DNA of 63,995 bases, counting the filler, from Lama guanicoe (lineage: Eukaryota), in assembly GCA_013239625.1 (NCBI GenBank). It is 199 parts of 199 records of this genome, joined end to end, with 100 filler letters (N's around TTAATTAATTAA, not from the genome) between each part and the next. Parts side by side here need not be neighbours in the genome. Positions count along the whole stretch, not along the records: positions 48,299 to 48,520 come from PNXV01041235.1; positions 48,621 to 48,842 come from PNXV01041236.1; positions 48,943 to 49,164 come from PNXV01041237.1; positions 49,265 to 49,486 come from PNXV01041238.1; positions 49,587 to 49,808 come from PNXV01041239.1; positions 49,909 to 50,130 come from PNXV01041240.1; positions 50,231 to 50,452 come from PNXV01041241.1; positions 50,553 to 50,774 come from PNXV01041242.1; 191 more parts are not named here. The stretch is one strand, 5' to 3'. Of this stretch, positions 48,446 to 60,442 are shown piece after piece. A program made the position numbers and the translations under genes. The notes beneath the pieces were generated by a model. The model searched no databases, had not been told where the DNA came from, and saw only the letters and a list, made by a program, of their open reading frames with translations. Each line of letters starts with the position of its first letter. Positions within the stretch are counted from its first letter, which is position 1.

Positions 48446-50043
48446 TAGATCAGTTGTGCAGCGTCTAGTCTTTTTTTTCTAACTTTAAGGATTGTTTTTA
48501 TAGTGTGACCACACCTTCCTNNNNNNNNNNNNNNNNNNNNNNNNNNNNNNNNNNNNNNNNNNNNTTAATTAATTAANNNNNNNNNNNNNNNNNNNNNNNN
48601 NNNNNNNNNNNNNNNNNNNNTTCACACAGGCACCAGCCCTGCTTTTCTGAATTTCGGGCTCTGCTTCGGGGTCTCCTGGTCCTCCACCTGACTTGCAGAG
48701 AGTTGGACACAGTGCTCCAGGTCAAAGCCGGTGTGCTGAGCTACCCGTCAGACCCGAGCATGTCCTTGGGAGAGCCCTGGGTGATGTCTGGGACGGAGGC
48801 CTGCCCCACTGATTTCTGGGCCATGGTGGTGGGGACCCCTCANNNNNNNNNNNNNNNNNNNNNNNNNNNNNNNNNNNNNNNNNNNNTTAATTAATTAANN
48901 NNNNNNNNNNNNNNNNNNNNNNNNNNNNNNNNNNNNNNNNNNATTCTCTTCAATGCTCTAATTATACAACAGAGAGCAGTGGGCTCCTGAGACATCAGAC
49001 ACACCCTTGGGAGCCCTGGACAGAATCCCTGCACTGCACCCTATGATGTTAAGATTTTCCAGCCTAGTCTCATTCAGTTTCTGCTCTAGAGCTGCCAATG
49101 GCTGTATTTCCAAATCTGTGGGTGCAGAGGGAGCACACTGCTGCTTGCTTAGTTTCTAAACAAANNNNNNNNNNNNNNNNNNNNNNNNNNNNNNNNNNNN
49201 NNNNNNNNTTAATTAATTAANNNNNNNNNNNNNNNNNNNNNNNNNNNNNNNNNNNNNNNNNNNNTCAGCAGTAGAAGGGCGCTGAGGAAAGAGAAGCAGA
49301 CCCTGCTGAAGCAGAGAGCGCCGGCTGGGAGATGAGGCTGCTTGAGTGGCTGCAGACCAGCTCACAAATGCCTTGTCTGGCCAGAGCCGGGCCAAATATG
49401 AGATGTGAGAAAAGGGCAGCTAGTCTGATCATTAATGGGTCAGACAGCTATTAACTGTCAGTGTGGAGCCCGTCCTTCTGTGCTGCNNNNNNNNNNNNNN
49501 NNNNNNNNNNNNNNNNNNNNNNNNNNNNNNTTAATTAATTAANNNNNNNNNNNNNNNNNNNNNNNNNNNNNNNNNNNNNNNNNNNNGAGTGATGCAAATA
49601 CTGCATCTGGGCAAACATATCTACTTTCTGAAATGCTTTCATCTTGAGTTTTACTTCTTCCTAGGAAGATAAAAGAGTTCACTGAGTTAGAAAAGAGATG
49701 AGGTCTGCCTTAAGCCAAAGAAATGGATTTCAAAGATCTATAAAGATCTGAAATTCAATGTTGCCTTGGTCAATCCCCCAAGAACGTGTTCCTCTGTAAC
49801 TCTGGAAGNNNNNNNNNNNNNNNNNNNNNNNNNNNNNNNNNNNNNNNNNNNNTTAATTAATTAANNNNNNNNNNNNNNNNNNNNNNNNNNNNNNNNNNNN
49901 NNNNNNNNATGTGAGTGTGGGTGGAAGCTGTTAGAGAAGACAGGAGAAATGAACCTTGTGTTGATCCCTACATTAGCAGAATTTCTGTAAGAGAGGGCTC
50001 ACTGAGAAAATTTGGGGTCGGAATAAAAACATAAAAAAAGGCA

Positions 50044-50130
50044 GGGGGTCATACAGCTCAATCACTAGAGCATATGCTTTAGCATGCACTAGGTCTTGGG
50101 TTCAATCCCCAGTACCTCTTCTAAAAATCA
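50044..50130 (+). mobile_element. tRNA-Ala-derived SINE, near full length (vic-1-like)
   Basis: ggggg..tacagctcaatcactagagcatatgctttagcatgcactaggtcttgggttcaatccccagtacctc has degenerate A and B boxes and is preceded by an A-rich target. Confidence 0.82.
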
Positions 50131-51196
50131 NNNNNNNNNNNNNNNNNNNNNNNNNNNNNNNNNNNNNNNNNNNNTTAATTAATTAANNNNNNNNNNNNNN
50201 NNNNNNNNNNNNNNNNNNNNNNNNNNNNNNTTTTTTTTTTTTTTGCTTTTCAAATATTCCTCATAATCACCTTCCCGTAATTGTTGAGCACTCTTTCTGG
50301 GGAAGCAGAGTCAATTCACTCTGGGTTTTTAATTCTTGCTCGTTTGGGTGACGATGCTCTGTGGGTTAGAAGGATGTGAACCCATTAAAAGTCACTCTTA
50401 AAAGAGTGAGTTTTATACAAGCAAAAGAAAAAAAAAGAGTCGGTTTTGAAACNNNNNNNNNNNNNNNNNNNNNNNNNNNNNNNNNNNNNNNNNNNNTTAA
50501 TTAATTAANNNNNNNNNNNNNNNNNNNNNNNNNNNNNNNNNNNNNNNNNNNNTCATTCAGCCATTGTACAAACAGTAACTGACCATGAACCACGGAAGAG
50601 CAGGCCAGGAGATTCAGGGATAAGGCAACGGTCCTGCCTGTAAGGATGCAGTGGACGCCCACGTGGGAACAAGTGTGCACGTCCTGAGGGCTGTGGGGGA
50701 GACCTGTGCGACAGCCCGGGTGCCAGGGTGCGTGTCTGTGCAATTGCATGTCCCCTGAGTCTAGAGAATGCCTCNNNNNNNNNNNNNNNNNNNNNNNNNN
50801 NNNNNNNNNNNNNNNNNNTTAATTAATTAANNNNNNNNNNNNNNNNNNNNNNNNNNNNNNNNNNNNNNNNNNNNGGTGAGTCCTTCTTGTTGTCAACAGG
50901 TATTTGGAATCTCCTTTCTAGGATGTTTGCTTAATGGGTGGGCCTCTTCCTTGCATGAAAATCTCCTTGGAATTTTCATCTGAAACACACCTCCTTGGGC
51001 CTTATCCCAGAGGTTTTTAACCAGCCCCACAGTGACTGTGATGTGTATGTTCTTTAGCTGTGCAGCTAGCGCCCAGGGATTGGAGACTGTCTGCTGNNNN
51101 NNNNNNNNNNNNNNNNNNNNNNNNNNNNNNNNNNNNNNNNTTAATTAATTAANNNNNNNNNNNNNNNNNNNNNNNNNNNNNNNNNNNNNNNNNNNN

Positions 51197-51418
51197 ATTT
51201 AACATGGGTGCAACAATGGTAAAGGACATGGCCATTGCTTTGTCTATGGGGTAGGTGACCACAGGTCTCATGTACAAGAAAATGCATGACATAAAGAACA
51301 AGACGACCACCATGAGGTGGGAGCCACAAGTGGAGAGTGCTTTATGCCATCCTTCAGAGCTGCAGGTAGTTAGGGAGCAAAGGATGACCACATAGGAGGT
51401 GATGAGGATAAGGAAGAT
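51197..51418 (-). CDS. Olfactory receptor family 4C fragment (TM5-TM7), OR4C6-like; may be a pseudogene
   Basis: Open across the contig: [74 protein letters not shown], with the [10 protein letters not shown] and PMLN motifs. Confidence 0.93.
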
Positions 51419-53450
51419 NNNNNNNNNNNNNNNNNNNNNNNNNNNNNNNNNNNNNNNNNNNNTTAATTAATTAANNNNNNNNNNNNNNNNNNNNNNNNNN
51501 NNNNNNNNNNNNNNNNNNACACGCTTATCTCTCAAACCTGAGCATGTGGAGAGACGTTCGTTCATCTTGCACAAAGGAACAGTTTGCTGGAGAAACACTT
51601 ACTCTAGTTCCTCAGTCTGTTTGCTAGTGCTGGTTTGAATTTCCTGCAGTTTCCACTGTAAATCCGAGTTGGAGCTTTTACCAACCGATATATATGTATG
51701 TAGTGGAGTTTGCAACTGAAGGGAAACTTTGTGTTCCCAANNNNNNNNNNNNNNNNNNNNNNNNNNNNNNNNNNNNNNNNNNNNTTAATTAATTAANNNN
51801 NNNNNNNNNNNNNNNNNNNNNNNNNNNNNNNNNNNNNNNNGTGGTGGGCTCAGGTATACTCCCACAGGATGTTTACTTCGGAAGTGGGGTAATAGATGCT
51901 CACAAAAAGCTCACCCTTTGTGTCACTAATGCCCTGTGTCTATTACTCTGGGGCTTTTGATTAAGAACTAAAACTCAAAGCAGCCAAGTTAATGATGTGG
52001 TATGGCCAACGCAAGAGCTCCAGGAAGCGACAGCGGAAGGCGGGACCCAGTAGACAGGCGAGNNNNNNNNNNNNNNNNNNNNNNNNNNNNNNNNNNNNNN
52101 NNNNNNTTAATTAATTAANNNNNNNNNNNNNNNNNNNNNNNNNNNNNNNNNNNNNNNNNNNNTTGAAACTCTATCCCAAAAAGCCAAAACAGTCTTAATC
52201 ATCTCTTTTTACGTTTATATAAATGTAAGATGTACAAAACTTGTCGAACCTTTTTTTGTTTTGTTTTTCAAATAGTTTTTAGTTATTCCCAGTTAGAGCT
52301 GTGGGATGTGGTTATTGGAATGGTAAATCGCTTTCTGTTTATAGGTTGAACATTTTTAGCAGTTTTTCTGCTTTTTGTTTACTGNNNNNNNNNNNNNNNN
52401 NNNNNNNNNNNNNNNNNNNNNNNNNNNNTTAATTAATTAANNNNNNNNNNNNNNNNNNNNNNNNNNNNNNNNNNNNNNNNNNNNTACTCCTTAATTATTG
52501 TGTGGATAGCATTGAGAGTTTTCTCCTCTGACCTAGTACTACTGCCAGGCTTTTCGGCACTTGGTGATAGTTGCCAGATTGAGCTGCCATTTGTTATGTT
52601 AATTCCAGGTGCAGAAACATTGAATGGTTCTTAAACACCCAGCTTATGCAGTGGGAGATTCTAACCCTAGCGTAAGTCAGACTGGCCGGAGTCCAAATCC
52701 CGGCATNNNNNNNNNNNNNNNNNNNNNNNNNNNNNNNNNNNNNNNNNNNNTTAATTAATTAANNNNNNNNNNNNNNNNNNNNNNNNNNNNNNNNNNNNNN
52801 NNNNNNGTTAAAATCATCATGCTGTATCATGTTTTAAAACCACTGCCTTACATTAGACAAATGTATATGTGGAAACAGAAAATCATTGACTCAAAATCAT
52901 CAGCAATGTAGATATTAACACAATGAATTATTGTGTATTAATTTGGAAATGATATAGGTCCAATCTCAATCAGTGGAATTCAGAATTCTAAAATGTTTGT
53001 AAGCCAAGTGTCTTGCATCATAATGGCANNNNNNNNNNNNNNNNNNNNNNNNNNNNNNNNNNNNNNNNNNNNTTAATTAATTAANNNNNNNNNNNNNNNN
53101 NNNNNNNNNNNNNNNNNNNNNNNNNNNNGGGTTGCCGTTATTTACGTTCACTACCTGATTGAGTTTCTTAGTAAACACAGAGTTGTGAAAAATACAAAAA
53201 TGCTGATATTGATACAGGTTTTATAGTTGACAAAGTGATGACAAAAGCACGTTGATTTGACCTGGTGAAGTTGATATGTATACAGTTTTACAGATGAAGA
53301 AACTGAGGGTCAAAGCAGTGAACTGATTTACCCAGTTTCAGAGTTCATGANNNNNNNNNNNNNNNNNNNNNNNNNNNNNNNNNNNNNNNNNNNNTTAATT
53401 AATTAANNNNNNNNNNNNNNNNNNNNNNNNNNNNNNNNNNNNNNNNNNNN

Positions 53451-53672
53451 AAAAAAAACTTGTGGTTACCAGCGGGGGAAGGAGGTGGGAAGGGTTAATT
53501 AAATTGGGAGTTCGAGGTTTGCAGATACTAATATATATATAATAGATAAACAACAAGTTTATACTGCACAGCACAGGGAACCATATACAGTATCTTATAG
53601 TAACTTACGGTGAAAATGAATATGAAAATGATTATATGTATGTTCCTATATGACTGAAGTATTGTGCTGTAC
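53451..53672 (+). mobile_element. LINE-1 3' UTR fragment
   Basis: cttgtggttaccagcggggg...aaattgggagttcgag...gataaacaacaagttt...agcacagggaaccatatacagtatctt. Confidence 0.92.
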
Positions 53673-53777
53673 NNNNNNNNNNNNNNNNNNNNNNNNNNNN
53701 NNNNNNNNNNNNNNNNTTAATTAATTAANNNNNNNNNNNNNNNNNNNNNNNNNNNNNNNNNNNNNNNNNNNNAAAAA

Positions 53778-53942
53778 TGGTGGGTAGATGATTGATGGAT
53801 AGATGGATGATAGATGATGGGAGGATTGATGATGGATGGATGATAGATAATGGATGAATGATGGATGGATTATAGATCATGGATTGATGATGGATGGGTG
53901 ATGGAGGGATGGATGTTGGATGATGGGGGGATGATGGATGGA
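53778..53942. repeat. Degenerate (GATG/GGAT/GAT)n microsatellite
   Basis: Direct read. Confidence 0.95.
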
Positions 53943-54439
53943 AAGTCAGAAAGACAGTGATCTGAGAAATCAAAGAAGGCTTCATGAAACAGGTNNNNNN
54001 NNNNNNNNNNNNNNNNNNNNNNNNNNNNNNNNNNNNNNTTAATTAATTAANNNNNNNNNNNNNNNNNNNNNNNNNNNNNNNNNNNNNNNNNNNNGAGGGC
54101 GGATCCGGAACTGGTGGGAGAGGAAAGATGTAAACTGAGGAAGTGGGGAGCCAGAACCAGCAGCTCAGACTCCTGCTAATCGCTGTCTTAGTTTTGTGGG
54201 CTCTTTGAACAGGGTACTGACAGGTATCTGATGTGCGGCAATCATGTGACTTCACTTATTTCCAAGAGTCTGTATCAGTTCCATGCCCAGACACAAGCAC
54301 TTCCTGAAGCTCAGGGNNNNNNNNNNNNNNNNNNNNNNNNNNNNNNNNNNNNNNNNNNNNTTAATTAATTAANNNNNNNNNNNNNNNNNNNNNNNNNNNN
54401 NNNNNNNNNNNNNNNNAATGCAGCTTCACTGATGTCCGA

Positions 54440-54590
54440 CTGGGACCTTGTGAAACCCTGAACAGGAATTCAGCTATACTGTGGCTGAACTTCCAACCTA
54501 CAGAGACTAAGGTGATAGATGGGTGTTGTTTAAATACTATGTACGCCAAGTTTGTAATCATTCATTACGCAGCAGTAGGAAACTAATAGA
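54440..54590 (+). mobile_element. MLT1D/E-like MaLR LTR 3' end
   Basis: gaacttccaacctacagagact...gggtgttgttt...aagtttgtaatcattcattacgcagcagtaggaaactaata. Confidence 0.75.
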
Positions 54591-55060
54591 AAAGGAAAAG
54601 GGAGGAATTAAAAATGAATTTAGCGATGTTTCATTTTANNNNNNNNNNNNNNNNNNNNNNNNNNNNNNNNNNNNNNNNNNNNTTAATTAATTAANNNNNN
54701 NNNNNNNNNNNNNNNNNNNNNNNNNNNNNNNNNNNNNNGTCTGGCCCACGTGTTGGCAGTTTACATTGAGCGTTTCCAAACTCCACTCTTCTGTCGTATC
54801 TCTGGAAAGTACTGTGCTCCCCTGCTGTGGTGGGGGTGATAGCACTGGGAGGTTCTGGGGCGGTGGTGTGAGCATCCTTCCACCATCCATCACAGGAGCC
54901 CCTGTCTTGCATCAGGAAGACCTCTGGCCTGTGAGAGAAGCTGTGTGACCCTTAGAAGTGNNNNNNNNNNNNNNNNNNNNNNNNNNNNNNNNNNNNNNNN
55001 NNNNTTAATTAATTAANNNNNNNNNNNNNNNNNNNNNNNNNNNNNNNNNNNNNNNNNNNN

Positions 55061-55282
55061 ATTTTTTTCTTCTTTTTCTAATTCTTTTAGGTGGAATTTC
55101 AGGTTGTTTATTTGAGATTGTTCTCATTTTTTGAGGAAGAACTATGAAGTTCCCTCTTAGGACTGCTTTTGCTGCAGCCATAGATTTTAAGTGGTTGTAT
55201 TTTCACTGTTGTTTGTCCTAAGGTAATTTTTAATTTCTTCTTTGTTTTCATCATCAAGCCATTGGTTTTTTAGTAACATGTT
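55061..55282 (-). mobile_element. LINE-1 ORF2 5' fragment
   Basis: ctatgaagttccctcttaggactgcttttgctgcagccatagatttt (antisense of NLW.AAKAVLRG.F). Confidence 0.88.
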
Positions 55283-55704
55283 NNNNNNNNNNNNNNNNNN
55301 NNNNNNNNNNNNNNNNNNNNNNNNNNTTAATTAATTAANNNNNNNNNNNNNNNNNNNNNNNNNNNNNNNNNNNNNNNNNNNNTGAAGATCTGGCGAAGGA
55401 AACCTAGCCAAAACCTGGGAGGTATGCACATGGTGACTGTAATCTCAGCACTTTTTGAATTTCAGAATCAGAGGGTTGGGAGACTCAGGAAAGCCTTTTT
55501 TAAGGTAGCAAGGGGAAAGTGAAAGGACACAGGCTGTATGAGACTGAAACATCTTAGTCCCAGCCAGCAAGGCACCTGCGTTCAGGATGGTGTGTGGGGA
55601 GTGCNNNNNNNNNNNNNNNNNNNNNNNNNNNNNNNNNNNNNNNNNNNNTTAATTAATTAANNNNNNNNNNNNNNNNNNNNNNNNNNNNNNNNNNNNNNNN
55701 NNNN

Positions 55705-55926
55705 ATGATGAGATCTAGGCATGCACAGTGCCTGCTTTCCTCCGCCTCCTCCCTCTGACTACAGCGCCCCCCAGAGGACAGTGGGAAGAGGAGCGAAGAA
55801 GAGAGTCTTTTCCTTCCGCTCACCGTGTACTCAGGTGTCCTGGCCCCTGGACCCTAGACTCTGTCCCCAGCCAAGCGTAGCCGTCGCTGCCGCCCCCCAG
55901 GCCGTTGCTCACGTCAGAGGCCTCGG
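55705..55926. repeat. Near-identical copy B of contig 44757..44978
   Basis: See copy A. Confidence 0.97.
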
Positions 55927-57315
55927 NNNNNNNNNNNNNNNNNNNNNNNNNNNNNNNNNNNNNNNNNNNNTTAATTAATTAANNNNNNNNNNNNNNNNNN
56001 NNNNNNNNNNNNNNNNNNNNNNNNNNAATGAGGTTTTGAAATCACTTACTATGAGGGATGTTCGAGGATAGTGGAGTGGTTAACTTTCAGAAAAGAACAC
56101 AGGGATTTTCTTCAAATACATAAAAGAGTGATTAGATTTATTCTGAATGTATCTTATGGTCACAGAGGGGTCAGGAGTAGAAACAATACCTGGACAATAC
56201 AGCAATTTCAGCTTCATACAAGAAATAAAATTTTAATAAATGGAGCTGNNNNNNNNNNNNNNNNNNNNNNNNNNNNNNNNNNNNNNNNNNNNTTAATTAA
56301 TTAANNNNNNNNNNNNNNNNNNNNNNNNNNNNNNNNNNNNNNNNNNNNTGCTTCATTTATGTGACTTGCCCGGTCCCCATAGTCATCTGAGTTTGCAACC
56401 CCAGCTCCAGCCAGAGCCACCTCAGTCCACAGTTTCCCTGTTGCCAAGGATCCTGGGAGAGAGCAGCGGGGTTGGGGGGCGCCTGGCTGGGGGCCAGGTG
56501 GTCTCATTTTGGCTGCCAAGTGTCCCATGGGCTCGGGCCTGGGGCCTCCTCAGAAAGTGGGTTCCCTGGTNNNNNNNNNNNNNNNNNNNNNNNNNNNNNN
56601 NNNNNNNNNNNNNNTTAATTAATTAANNNNNNNNNNNNNNNNNNNNNNNNNNNNNNNNNNNNNNNNNNNNGAGCGGCTGCCCTGAGTTTCTTTGGCAAGT
56701 TAGCTACATAGGGTGTAAAGATGAATGGGCGGAATATTCACTGGGGAGGAAGGGGGTTGGGGTCGTATTCCCTGATCATCATCCCAACTCCACTTTCCCA
56801 AAGGGAGGGGGGATTTTTGTCCTGATTTAGTCTGGGTCGGAAGTGGTGCATGATGGGTACTTCTAATCTGCAAGGCTAATTTTATTGAAATGNNNNNNNN
56901 NNNNNNNNNNNNNNNNNNNNNNNNNNNNNNNNNNNNTTAATTAATTAANNNNNNNNNNNNNNNNNNNNNNNNNNNNNNNNNNNNNNNNNNNNCGTGATGG
57001 ACTTTATAAAGGCCTTCCCTTGCCCTGTCTCATGCACTCGTTTCATTTTTAATGTGCCTTATTACTTTTCAAAAATTAAACAATGTAGACCAATACAAAC
57101 TTATATATGGTGCTCAAATGAATAAATATTGTGTTCCACATGCTTACTCTTAGAAAAATACAAAAGCACTGGAGTCCATTGTATTCCTCCCTCCACTCCC
57201 ATTCCTCTTAACTCTNNNNNNNNNNNNNNNNNNNNNNNNNNNNNNNNNNNNNNNNNNNNTTAATTAATTAANNNNNNNNNNNNNNNNNNNNNNNNNNNNN
57301 NNNNNNNNNNNNNNN

Positions 57316-57538
57316 TAAGTGAAATAAATAGGCACAAAAGGACAGATATCGTGTGCTTCTCCTCACATGAAGAACTGACAGACTACCACGGAGACGGGAA
57401 GTGGAATCCAGGTGTCCAGGGGCTGGAGGGCAGGGCAGATGGGAGTTGCTGATGAGTGGGTGAAGAGTCTCTGTTTGGGATGATGGAAACATCCTGGAGA
57501 CGGAGGGGGTGAATCTTTCTATGGTAAATGTACTTCTC
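57316..57538 (+). mobile_element. L1MB-like LINE-1 3' end
   Basis: taagtgaaataaataggcacaaaaggacagatatcg...ccaggggctggagg...atgggagttg...tctgtttgggatgatggaaac. Confidence 0.85.
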
Positions 57539-58929
57539 NNNNNNNNNNNNNNNNNNNNNNNNNNNNNNNNNNNNNNNNNNNNTTAATTAATTAANNNNNN
57601 NNNNNNNNNNNNNNNNNNNNNNNNNNNNNNNNNNNNNNAATGTGACACAGAGACCCTCAAGCTTGTGTAGGTCGTACCTCTGAGGGGAGATGAAGTTTTT
57701 CAGGAGATTCACTGGCAAAGCTACTTCACAGATGTCAACCTCAATGCATGTTTTGTCATAAAACAGACTTCTGTGAGAGTTAGCCTGCAGTCAAGATCTT
57801 TCCTTTTGCCAGTTCCCCACTTTCTCTTCATAACAGAGGCCAACTTTTCATCCATTTACTANNNNNNNNNNNNNNNNNNNNNNNNNNNNNNNNNNNNNNN
57901 NNNNNTTAATTAATTAANNNNNNNNNNNNNNNNNNNNNNNNNNNNNNNNNNNNNNNNNNNNCTCCCTGCCTCTCCCAGCTCAGGCCCATCACTCACAGAT
58001 GTGACAGGACTCGTCCTTCAGGGCCCAATTTCCTCAGTCACTGAGTACCACCACCCTCACCTGTCCTACCAGGTACTCGCAGGCACTCACTCAGCACTGA
58101 CTGTGTGCTGGGACCACGCTGCACACTGTGCACACGTTATCTCACTGGATCCCCACAGCAGTCCTGGGAGGTCGGTACATCACNNNNNNNNNNNNNNNNN
58201 NNNNNNNNNNNNNNNNNNNNNNNNNNNTTAATTAATTAANNNNNNNNNNNNNNNNNNNNNNNNNNNNNNNNNNNNNNNNNNNNAATTAGTAACTATTTAC
58301 TGGAAATTAGGAAACTCATTTTTAGGCCAATTAGAAAACACCCCTGAAGAAATAGTCTATAGCTGGACTGCCGAGCTGGAGAGGCGGGTCAGATAAGGAA
58401 ACATAGCGTTTCCTCCAGTGCTGTCACTTCCACCTCTCTCAGTTGGCTGCTGGGTTCACATCTCATTAACTTACACACACAGAATCTTTAGCACTGGAGG
58501 GTTAATNNNNNNNNNNNNNNNNNNNNNNNNNNNNNNNNNNNNNNNNNNNNTTAATTAATTAANNNNNNNNNNNNNNNNNNNNNNNNNNNNNNNNNNNNNN
58601 NNNNNNAGGTAGTCGCTCTGTACAACAGGGGCATAAAATAGTCTCATATACAAATGAAAGTTCTAATAATGTGTTTTTGGATTAGCAGTTAAGCAAGCAT
58701 AAACATTTATCAAACTGTGAAGAAAAGGAGACCAACAAACAATGAAAAGAAATACTAATTTCAATGCAAGGATAGAAACAATGAATAGACAATGACTATG
58801 GAAAGACTTGCACTTTCCTATAAAGGAAANNNNNNNNNNNNNNNNNNNNNNNNNNNNNNNNNNNNNNNNNNNNTTAATTAATTAANNNNNNNNNNNNNNN
58901 NNNNNNNNNNNNNNNNNNNNNNNNNNNNN

Positions 58930-59152
58930 TTCCCACCACTCGAGTACAAGAGTTCTAATTTCTCTACAACCTTTGTAAAACTTGTCTTTCGTTTTTTGAT
59001 AATAGCTGTCCTTAGAGGTGTGAGGTAATACTCACTGTGGTTTTGATTTGCATTTGCTGATGATTAGAGATGTTGAGAGTCTTTTCACATATCTGTTGGC
59101 CAATTGTCTGTATTCTTTAGAAAAATGTCTTTTCAAGTCTTTAACCCATATT
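58930..59152 (-). mobile_element. LINE-1 ORF2 3' fragment
   Basis: ggtgtgaggtaatactcactgtggttttgatttgcatt...gatgttgag...cttttcacatatctgttggcca. Confidence 0.9.
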
Positions 59153-59575
59153 NNNNNNNNNNNNNNNNNNNNNNNNNNNNNNNNNNNNNNNNNNNNTTAA
59201 TTAATTAANNNNNNNNNNNNNNNNNNNNNNNNNNNNNNNNNNNNNNNNNNNNGACCCAAGTCCGCAGCCCGGCTCCGGGACAGGCTGGGCTGGGGTGCCG
59301 ACGCCCGGATAAGGCCTTTCTCAGAGCCCACCCACTTTTCCAAGGAGGCCTGGGACGCAGCCCCCGCCACAGCCCCAGCAAGGAACAGAAAGTGCAGTGC
59401 AGCAGGCCTGAAAGTCATGTCACCCACCCCACTCGGGGCCACACTCAAAGGGCCAGCTGTCACAGAGCCTCGAGGNNNNNNNNNNNNNNNNNNNNNNNNN
59501 NNNNNNNNNNNNNNNNNNNTTAATTAATTAANNNNNNNNNNNNNNNNNNNNNNNNNNNNNNNNNNNNNNNNNNNN

Positions 59576-59798
59576 GGCAGCAGCAGCAAGCCCCGTGAAG
59601 CCCGGCAGCCTGCCTGGGCCGCGCGCCTGGCTCCCGCCGCTGCTCCCGGCCCAGCGCCGCGCGGCCGCCGGGAGGCGTTGGCCGTCATTTCCCAAAGTGC
59701 CCGGGGGCCTTTTGTTGGTCTCTAGTGACGGCCCCCGGTGACTCTCTGCCCACATGTCCCTCAGCTGTGGCCGGCCTGTCCCGAGTGGGCCAGACCTA
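59576..59798. promoter_or_regulatory. CpG-island-like fragment
   Basis: Dense CpG content (gccgcgcgcc, gcgccgcgcggccgccgg). Confidence 0.4.
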
Positions 59799-59898
59799 NN
59801 NNNNNNNNNNNNNNNNNNNNNNNNNNNNNNNNNNNNNNNNNNTTAATTAATTAANNNNNNNNNNNNNNNNNNNNNNNNNNNNNNNNNNNNNNNNNNNN

Positions 59899-60120
59899 GC
59901 CATCATTAAAACCCCACAAATGACAAATGTAGGGTGGAGGGGAGGGGAGAAAAGGGAACCCTCCTATGCTGTTGGTGGGAATATAGTCTGGTGCAGCCAT
60001 TATGGAAAACAGTATGAAGATTTCTCAAAAGAACTAAAAATAGATTTACCATATGATCCAGCAATCCTGCTCCTGGGCATATACCCAGTGGGACCCTTAA
60101 TTCAAAAAGACACCTGCACC
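59899..60120 (+). mobile_element. Young LINE-1 ORF2 C-terminal fragment
   Basis: ..[28 protein letters not shown]. Confidence 0.95.
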
Positions 60121-60220
60121 NNNNNNNNNNNNNNNNNNNNNNNNNNNNNNNNNNNNNNNNNNNNTTAATTAATTAANNNNNNNNNNNNNNNNNNNNNNNN
60201 NNNNNNNNNNNNNNNNNNNN

Positions 60221-60442
60221 CAAGACATGGAAACAACCTAAATGTCCATTGACAGAGGACTGGATAATGAAGTTGTGGTCTATATATACAATGGAATACT
60301 ACTCAGCCATAAAAAAGGATGAAATAATGTCATTTGCAGCAACATGGATTGACCTGGAGATAATCATTCTAAGTGAAGTAAAACAGAAAGAGAAAGAAAA
60401 ATATCATATTAAATCATTTATATGTGGAATCTAAAAAAAAAA
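60221..60442 (+). mobile_element. Young LINE-1 ORF2 extreme C-terminus with stop
   Basis: KTWKQPKCPLTEDWIMKLWSIYTMEYYSAIKKDEIMSFAATWIDLEIIILSEVKQKEKEKYHIKSFICGI*. Confidence 0.96.

Noticed and set aside
26405..50130. Functional tRNA-Ala genes at 26405 and 50044
   Set aside because: Mismatched stems, an insertion near the anticodon in the second copy, and A-rich tails instead of a T-run terminator indicate SINE copies.
27049..51418. The two OR fragments as parts of one gene or a local cluster
   Set aside because: They are separate contigs resembling different OR4C members, and position in this window is set by contig length only.
53725..53985. His/Pro/Ser/Ile-rich ORF
   Set aside because: Antisense translation of a (GATG)n microsatellite.
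57678..57770. Possible 93-bp minus-strand exon (SLFYDKTCIEVDICEVALPVNLLKNFISPQ)
   Set aside because: Weak donor (GTACGA), very short pyrimidine tract and an unrecognised peptide, so I cannot support it.
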